A DNA stretch of 64,000 nt, taken from contig NC_086097.1 in the NCBI RefSeq assembly GCF_963921235.1, positions 5,952,001-6,016,000 on the forward strand, given 5' to 3'. This DNA is from Mobula hypostoma (taxonomy: Eukaryota). Position numbers and translations under genes: made by a program. Positions 56,544 to 64,000 of this stretch are shown one piece after another; position 1 is the first letter of the stretch, and each line of letters starts with the position of its first letter. The notes beneath the pieces were generated by a model. The model searched no databases. It had not been told where the DNA came from and worked only from the letters and a program-made list of their open reading frames with translations.

Positions 56544-57529
56544 TACATTGTCCCAATGCTAATGTCTACAATTCGTATCATTCCAAAGTCACTAAGCAAC
56601 AGCATTAAACAATTAGACCTGCACAGCAATATTTACATAAATCTCCAGAAAGCCACAATACTAAACTCTACTAGAATAGTCCAGAAGTTCCTAGTAATTG
56701 AGAAATGTGTGCTTGGCTCTGCCTGTCCCTCAACTTTTACCGGCTCGAGCTGAGAAAAAAATAAAAATAAGAGTAAATAAATAAGTAATTAATATTGAGA
56801 ACATGAGTTGTAGAGCCTTGAAAGTGATTCCACAAGTTGTGGAATCAGTTCAGTGTTGGGGTGACTTGATTCATCGTCACCTCTGGTTCAAGAGGGGGTA
56901 AATTATGCTGATACACAGACCTGTTTAATATTTGTGGTGCGTGTCTGGTGGAAGCAGAGCTGGACTGTTGCTTCCATGCAACGTGTAAGGTAGTCAATTG
57001 CTCCACTTACTCTGGACTCTATCTCCGGTATCAACCAGCTAGTCAAAAGATCTGTTCCAACACAGCAATCACAGGATAATTCTGTTAGGTGAGTGATTGC
57101 TGAACCAGGACTATATGGATTCTAGTGAATAAACAAAGCTTTTGCCTTTCCAATGTTTCAAATTTATGCCCGTGTCACAGTCATGTTAGAGCCCCAGACC
57201 CATTAAGTAACTCTGGCATTCAGGTTCAATTAGCACATTTTTTAAGCTGCTTTAAAAGACCCAGAAGTATCATTAGGATAAGTATGACCTTAGGTCTATG
57301 ATCCATTTTGAATTGTCATCAGTACTTAAAGCATCTTTTAGTGCAAATATAATGCAGTTAATGGCTAAGTGACCTTCCTTAATGCATTTCTCAAAAGAAG
57401 ACAATCAGAGGCAGTTACTGTCTCCTCCCTGACTGCTGAGATTTAGTTGCCATTGGTATTGTTTGCATATATGTCAGGGAGTCTGGACTATTTTGAGTCC
57501 AAGCATAGACCATAATTCTGCAAAAGAAC

Positions 57530-60500
57530 AAATAGAACATAGAACATAGAACATAGAATAGTACAGCACAGTACAGGCCCTTCGGCCCACAATGATGTGC
57601 TGAATATTAAAACCTGCCTCCCATATAACCCCCACCTTAAATTCCTCCATATGCCTGTCTAATAGTCTCTTAAATTTCACTAATGTATCTACCTCCACCA
57701 CTGACTCAGGCAGTGTATTCCAAGCACCAACCGCTCTGAGTAAAAAAACCTTCCTCTAATATCCCCTTTGAACTTCCCACCGACTACCTTAAAGCCATGT
57801 CCTCTTGTAATGAGCAGTGGTGTCCTGGGGAAGAGGCGCTGGCTGTCTACTCTATCTATTCCTCTTAAAATCTTGTATACCTCTATCATGTCCCTTCTCA
57901 TCCTCCTTCTCTCCTAAGAGTAAAGCCCTAGCTCCCTTAATCTCTGACCATGATGAATACTCTCTAAACCAGGCAGCATCCTGGTAAATCTCCTCTATAC
58001 CCTTTCCAATGCTTCCACATCCTTCCTATAGTGAGGCGACCAGAACTGGACACAGTACTCCAAGTGCGGCCTTACCAGAGTTTTATAGAGCTGCATCATT
58101 ACATCACGACTCTTAAACTCTATCACTCGACTTATGAAAGCTAACACTTCATAAACTTTCTTAACTACCCTATCTACCTGTGAGGCAACTTTCAGGGATC
58201 TATGGACATGTACCCCTAGATCCCTCTGCTTCTTCACACTTCCAAGTATCCTGCCAATTACTTTGCTCTCTGTCTTGGAGTTTGTCCTTTCAAAGTGTAC
58301 CACCTCACACTTCTCCGGGTTGAACTCCATCTGCAACTTCTCAGCCCACTTCTGCATCCTATCAATGTCTCTCTGCAATCTTTGACAATCATCTACACTA
58401 TCCACAACACCACCAACCTTTGTGTCGTCTGCAAACTTGCCAACCCACCCTTTTACCCCTACATCCAGGTCGTTAAAAAAAATCGTGAAAAGTAGAGGTC
58501 CCAGAACCGATCCTAGTGGGACACCACTAGTCACAACCCTCCAATCCAAAAGTACTACCTCCACCACGACCCTCTGCTTTCTGCAGGCAAGCCAATTCTG
58601 AATCTACCTAGCCAAACTTCCCTGGATCCCATGCCTTCTGACTTTCTGAATAAGTCTACTCTGTGGAACTTTGTCAAATGTCTTACTAAAGTCCATGTAG
58701 ATCACATCCACTGAAGTACCCTCATCTATATACCTGGTCACCTCCTCAAAGAATTCTATCAAGCTTGTTAGACACGATCTGCCCTTCACAAAACCATGCT
58801 GATTGTCCCTGATCAGACCATGATTCTCTAAATGCCCATAGATCCTATCTCTAAAAACCTTTTCCAACAGCTTTCCCACCACAGATGTAAAGCTTAGCGG
58901 TCTATAATTACTCGGACTATCCCTACTACCTTTTTTGAACAAAGGGACAACATTCGCCTCCCTCCAATCATCCGGTACCATTCCCGTGGACAACGAGGAC
59001 ATAAAGATCCTAGCCAGAGGCTCAGCAATCTCTTCCCTCGCCTCGTGTAGCAGCCTGGGGAATATTCTCCACTCGCCAAGGCCTTCTCATGCCCACTTCT
59101 TGCTCTCCTCAGCCCCTTCTTAAGCTCCTTTCTTGCTATCCTATATTCCTCAATAGACCCATCTGATCCTTGCTTCCTAAACCTCATGTATGCTGCTTTC
59201 TTCCACCTGACTAGATTTTCCACCTCACTTGTCACCCATGGTTCCTTCACCCTACCATTCTTTATCTTCTTCACCGGAACAAATCTATCCCTAACATCCT
59301 GCAAGAAATCCCTAAACATCGACCGCATGTCCATAGTATATTTCCCTGCAAAAACATCATCCAAATTCACACCCGCAAGTTCTAGTCTTGTAGCCTCATA
59401 ATTTGCCTTTCCCCAATTAAAAATTTTCCTGTCCTCTCTGATTCTATCCTTTTCCATGATAATGCTAAAGGCCAGGGAGCAGTGGTCACTGTCCCCCAGA
59501 TGCTCACCCACTGAGAGATCTGTGACCTGACCCAGTTCGTTACCGAACACTAGATCTAGTATGGCATTCCCCCTAGTCAGCCTGTCAACATACTGTGACA
59601 GGAATCCATCCTGGACACACTTAACAAACTTTGCCCCGTCTAAACCCTTGGAACTAATCAGGTGCCAATCAATATTAGGGAAGTTGAAGTCACCCATGAT
59701 AACAACCTTGTTATTTTTGCACCTTTCCAAAATCTGCCTCCCAATCTGCTCCTCAGTATCTCTGCTGCTACCAGGGGGCCTATATAATACTCCCAATAGA
59801 GTAACTGCTCCCTTCCTGTTCCTGACTTCCACCCATATTGACTCAAAAGAGGATCCTGCTGCAATACCCACCCTTTCTGTAGCTGTAATAGTATCCCTGA
59901 CCAGTAATGCCACCCCTCCTCCCCTTTTTCTGTCCTCTCTATCCCTTTTAAAGCACTGAAATCCAGGAATATTGAGAATCCATTCCTGTCCTGGTGCCAG
60001 CCAAGTCTCTGTAATGGCCACTACATCATAATTCCACGTATGTATCCAAGCTCTCAGTTCATCATCTTTGTTCCTGATGCATCTTGCATTGAAGTACACG
60101 CACTTTAGCCTTACTACCTTTACACCCTTTATTCTGCTTCTCTTTCCTCAAAACCTCTTAATATGTTAGATCTGACTTTACTCCATGCAGTATACTTGCA
60201 GTTCTCGCATGACCTTTATCCTCCTCCACCTCACTATCTGCTCTAACACTCTGGTTCCCCTCCCCCTGCAAACCTAGTTTAAACCCCCCGGAGCAGCACT
60301 AGCAAACCTTCCCGCAAGGATGTTAGTCCCCCTCCAGTTCAGGTGCAACCTGTCCTGTCAGAGCAGGTCCCACCTTCCCTGGAACAAGGCCCAATTGTCC
60401 AGAAATTTGAAGCCCTCCCTCCTGCACCAACTCCTTAGCCTCGTATTTAGCTTCATTATCTTCCTATTTCTAGCCTCACTAGCACGTGGCATGGGTAGCA

Positions 60501-60670
60501 TTCCTGAGATTGCAACCCTGGAGGTCCTGTCCTTCAACTTTGCACCTCTCTTTGCAGGACCTCCTCCTTCTTCCTATCCATGTCATTGGTCCCTACATGG
60601 ACCACGACATCTGGCTGCTCACCCTCCCTCCTGAGAATACTGAGAACTCGATCCGAGATATCGCTCAGCC
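57530..60670 (-). mobile_element. CR1 LINE: ORF1 end (esterase-like) plus ORF2 with an internal deletion near 59070
   Basis: LHLNWRGTNILAGRF; YFNARCIRNK...AITETWL; GDFNFPNIDW; KFADDTK; (ttctatg)n tail. Confidence 0.95.
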
Positions 60671-61074
60671 TGGCACCATCTATTTTGTCTTTCATCTATT
60701 TCTGTCTGAATTTATAGGAAATTTATAGTGAAGTTCAAAGTTCAAAGTAGATTTTATTATCAGAGTACACATATGTCATCACATATAAGCCTGAGATTCA
60801 TTTTCCTGCGGGCATACTCAGCAAATCTATAGAATAATAACTATAACAGGATCATTGAAAGATCAACCAGAGTGCAGAAAGACAACAAACTGTGCAAATC
60901 TAAATATAAATAAATAGCAATAAATAATGAGAACATGAAATAACAAGAAAAAATAGTCCTTACAGTGACATCATTGGTTGTGTGAAAATGCACATAAACA
61001 ATTATTAGATCACATAAAATTTCCAGTGAAGAGACTGTTCAGTAAGTAAGTATAGATAGCTATTTTGTGGTAGA

Positions 61075-61720
61075 TTCAAGATTGTTTAATATCATTTCCT
61101 GTACACAAGGGTAAAGGAGAACAACATAATTGTTACTCTGGGTTTGATGTAGCTCAATAAAAATCACAAAATAATACACAATAGCACAATAATAATAAAA
61201 CCCAATAAATATAAATACTTAAGATAGCTTAAATGCATGGATTGATTCTATATCCATAAAGTGATGCTAGACACAGGAGATTCTGTACATAAGGTGACTG
61301 ACAGGAAGTTTTAAAGTAGTGGTGATGTGGGGTACGGTGAGGTGGGTTAGAGGGTGGAGAAGTTAACCAGCCTTACTGCTTCGGAACATAACTGTTTTAT
61401 GAGACTAGTGGTCCTGGCGTGGATGATATGCAGCCTCCTCCTTGGTGGAAGTGGCACAAACAGTCCATGAGCAGAGTGGGTGAGACCCTTCATGATGTTA
61501 CTGGCCTTTTCTAGCACCTTCCTGTATACAGGTTCTTGATGGTGGCTGGTGCCGGTGATGTGTTGGTCAGTTTTGATTACCCATTGTAAAGCTTTCTTGT
61601 CCACCGCAGTGTAGTTTCCATTTTGTTAGGATCCTCTCTACTACAAACCTGAAGAAGGACATGAATATAGATGTGCAAAGTCCAGCTCTTTTCAGCCCCC
61701 TCAAAAAGTAGAGGTGTCTT
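61075..61720 (-). mobile_element. Rex1-type LINE 3' part
   Basis: KKALQWVIKT...HSAHGLFVPLPPRRR...EAVRLVN. Confidence 0.75.
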
Positions 61721-61792
61721 TCATGTGAGACATTAATGCAAGAGTTAACTTACTCACTCAGGTGAAGGTAGAAGACCCCAAACAAGATTTTA

Positions 61793-62478
61793 AATATCAC
61801 ATACCCCGTGACAGGTTAAAGAACTAGCAGAAATGGAAAACACTTTGGAGTCCAGTATCGCTATTAACTAATGGTATTTATTAGTAACGACTCAATACAG
61901 TAATATAAATGCAGATATATCAAAGAAGGTAGCAATGATTATATCTAAGTGCGGAAATATATGAAAACCAAGCTTCTTCAAGTCTAGGGGTAAGTAGTTA
62001 GTCTTACAATGATGAGTAAAGTTCAGTTCAGTTCGTGGTATTGAGTTTAATAGTGATGGAGAGAGAGACAGGGAGAGATTTGAGTTTTCAGGTGAGCTGA
62101 TGCCGTTGATCTTCCCATTGCCCTCTGAAATCCTTTAGAAGTCACCGACTGTGACCACAACCAAGGGGACTGTTCTTCTGTGGTGGAATTATCAACCTAG
62201 GCAAGGGTCGGACACATAAATAAATCCCCACCGATCACACCTTTTTCACACTACCAGAGCCACTGATCGATCTGCCTGATCGATCCTCCAAAACCCACCT
62301 TTTCTGTGGGCACAACAAAGCTCATTCAGTGTCCAAAACCATGTGTCTGTAGGTCCAACAGCCTTCGCCTCTCTGTCTCTTTCTTTCTCTCTCTTTTTAA
62401 CAAGGTGTCTGTGTTCCACACCTCTCTCTCTCTCTTTCAAAAGCACAGTTCATAGGGGTAATTCAGGACCCCGTCACA
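61793..62478. mobile_element. LTR-like sequence
   Basis: Ends in ...gtcaca with a related cgtgac near the start; no TSD confirmed. Confidence 0.45.
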
Positions 62479-62799
62479 AAGGAGAGTGGGTGAATATCCC
62501 TGGTACACGGACCAGTATCTATATGAAGATGTGAGCATGTGAATGGGAAGCTAGTATATTTCATCAGTCATTTGGGCACATAGACCTCTATGCAGCTTAG
62601 ACAATCAATGAGATATGAGATCATGGCAGATCCAAGTGTACCGTCATGTTCATGTTCCCATTAGGCTAGTGTAACCTGTTACAAATTTATTTACCTCTGC
62701 TGTGAAAATATTCAAAGACTCGGCTTTTGGCATCCGCTACAAAAGAGAGTACCAGATGCACCCCTCTCACTGGGGCTCATATACCAGCTTGGCTCATTA

Positions 62800-64000
62800 G
62801 CTACTCTGCTAAATATGGCTCAGCTGTTCATTATCACACCTACCCGTCCACTGGCAGTCCTCCCCATTACTTCTGAGTCACCGCTGGGAGATTCAGAGAT
62901 CTCTTCATCAATTTTTCAGGAGTTTGCATAAGATAAAGCATACATACTCCCATGTTCTCATCCTCTGAGTCCGTACAGTATTCTGTGGTTGGTCCCTCTT
63001 CAGGTCTTTCCGCTGAAATCACACAATTTGTCAGCGAGTTGCCTTTCTGTTCTCCTTCTTCTGTGCAGAGTTCTCCTACAAGGTGTAGGTTCTGTGTTAT
63101 GCTCCGGGTCAGCATCTACTTTCTGCCGTTGGGGTACAGGGTGATTCCGATAAAGAATTTCTGACAGGACCATTTCCATCCTCTGGTTTCACCCGGAGAA
63201 CTGGCAAATTTTACATCTGGCTGTCCATTGCGTAAGGCGTAAATACCCAGTAGTCAGCAACCTGTGCTCCCCTGGTAGTCCCAAATTTCCTATTAAAACA
63301 CTGTCTCCAGGCATCAGTTGGGAGAACCTAATTTTTTGTTCATATCTCCTCTCCTTTCCTTGATTTTGCCTGGTAGCAGAAACAGCTGCATGCCCATGAG
63401 CTTTTTGTAGATCATTCCTAATATCAGGCACATACTTGAGAATCGTCTTCTGTGGCAAGTTTTCACTGCCAGTTCCAAAATAGAGATCTACAGGTAATCT
63501 GGCTTCATGTCAAATAGTATGGTGAGCAGACAATAGCTCCATTCTGTGTACAGTTGTAGCAGCATACCAAAAGCCCAATATGCTGACTCCATTTGCTCTT
63601 TTTGCTGATATACAGGGTCCCAAGCATGTCTAACAATGTCCAGTTGAATCTTACAGGCTGAGGATCACCCAGAGGGTGATATTGTGTGGTCCTTGTCTTC
63701 TCGACCCCAAGCATGCTCGGTAACTGATGTACTCTCGAAATCCATTCTTTGATCGCTATATATCCTTCTTGGGAGACCATAATGAACAAAATACTTCTCC
63801 CATGGCACTTAGGCAACTGTGGATGCTCCCTGATTCTTTGCAGGGAAAGCTTGAGCATATCTGGTGTAGTGATCCATAATGACCAAGACTTTTGCAACGT
63901 TGCTCCATGGGGAGGAAATCCATACACACTAAATCAAGTGGCCCCACGCTCTGTAAATGGGATAATGGAGCAACTCTCGTCGGCAATGTCTTCCTCCAAA
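62800..64000 (-). mobile_element. Gypsy/Ty3 integrase pseudogene (runs off the window)
   Basis: PLDLVCMDFL, DHYTRYAQAFP, SDQRMDFES, TTQYHPLGDPQPVRFNWTLLDMLGTL. Confidence 0.9.

Larger units (their letters stand above)
41381..56765 (+). mobile_element. R4/Dong-clade non-LTR retrotransposon (degenerate, heavily interrupted)
   Basis: LPKG...PSKCHPIACL, EEQEGF...GCKE, IDYQKAFDSVSHS (43690-43980); HLLYKDDLKSYA; REL motif NNRP...LIDIALP...EIERLW...LQKATILNSTRIVQKFL; A-rich end. Confidence 0.85.

Overview
Repeat-dense eukaryotic DNA, apparently intergenic or intronic. The repeat set (CR1 LINEs with (TTCTATG)n-type tails, V-SINEs, Rex1, Penelope) points to a cartilaginous fish, probably a ray; this is inference. 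No intact host protein-coding gene is recognisable, and nearly all long ORFs are transposon remnants: CR1, Rex1/Babar, RTE, L1/Tx1, R4/Dong, Hero, Nimb/I, Penelope, Tc1, Gypsy, several solo LTRs and an env-bearing LTR element. The most striking signal is in the 3' UTR of a Hero retroelement fragment (16501-16619, minus strand). It holds every invariant hammerhead-ribozyme core nucleotide, with helices I and III in register, but the three strands come in a reversed, pseudoknotted order that fits none of hammerhead types I-III. Also notable are multiple Penelope-associated minimal hammerheads, a five-level nested insertion stack (Rex1 3'UTR > Dong/R4 > Tc1 > L1 > CR1/Penelope/non-autonomous element), a twin-primed RTE copy and an env-like remnant between two LTRs. 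Boundaries were read by eye and are approximate unless a TSD is given.
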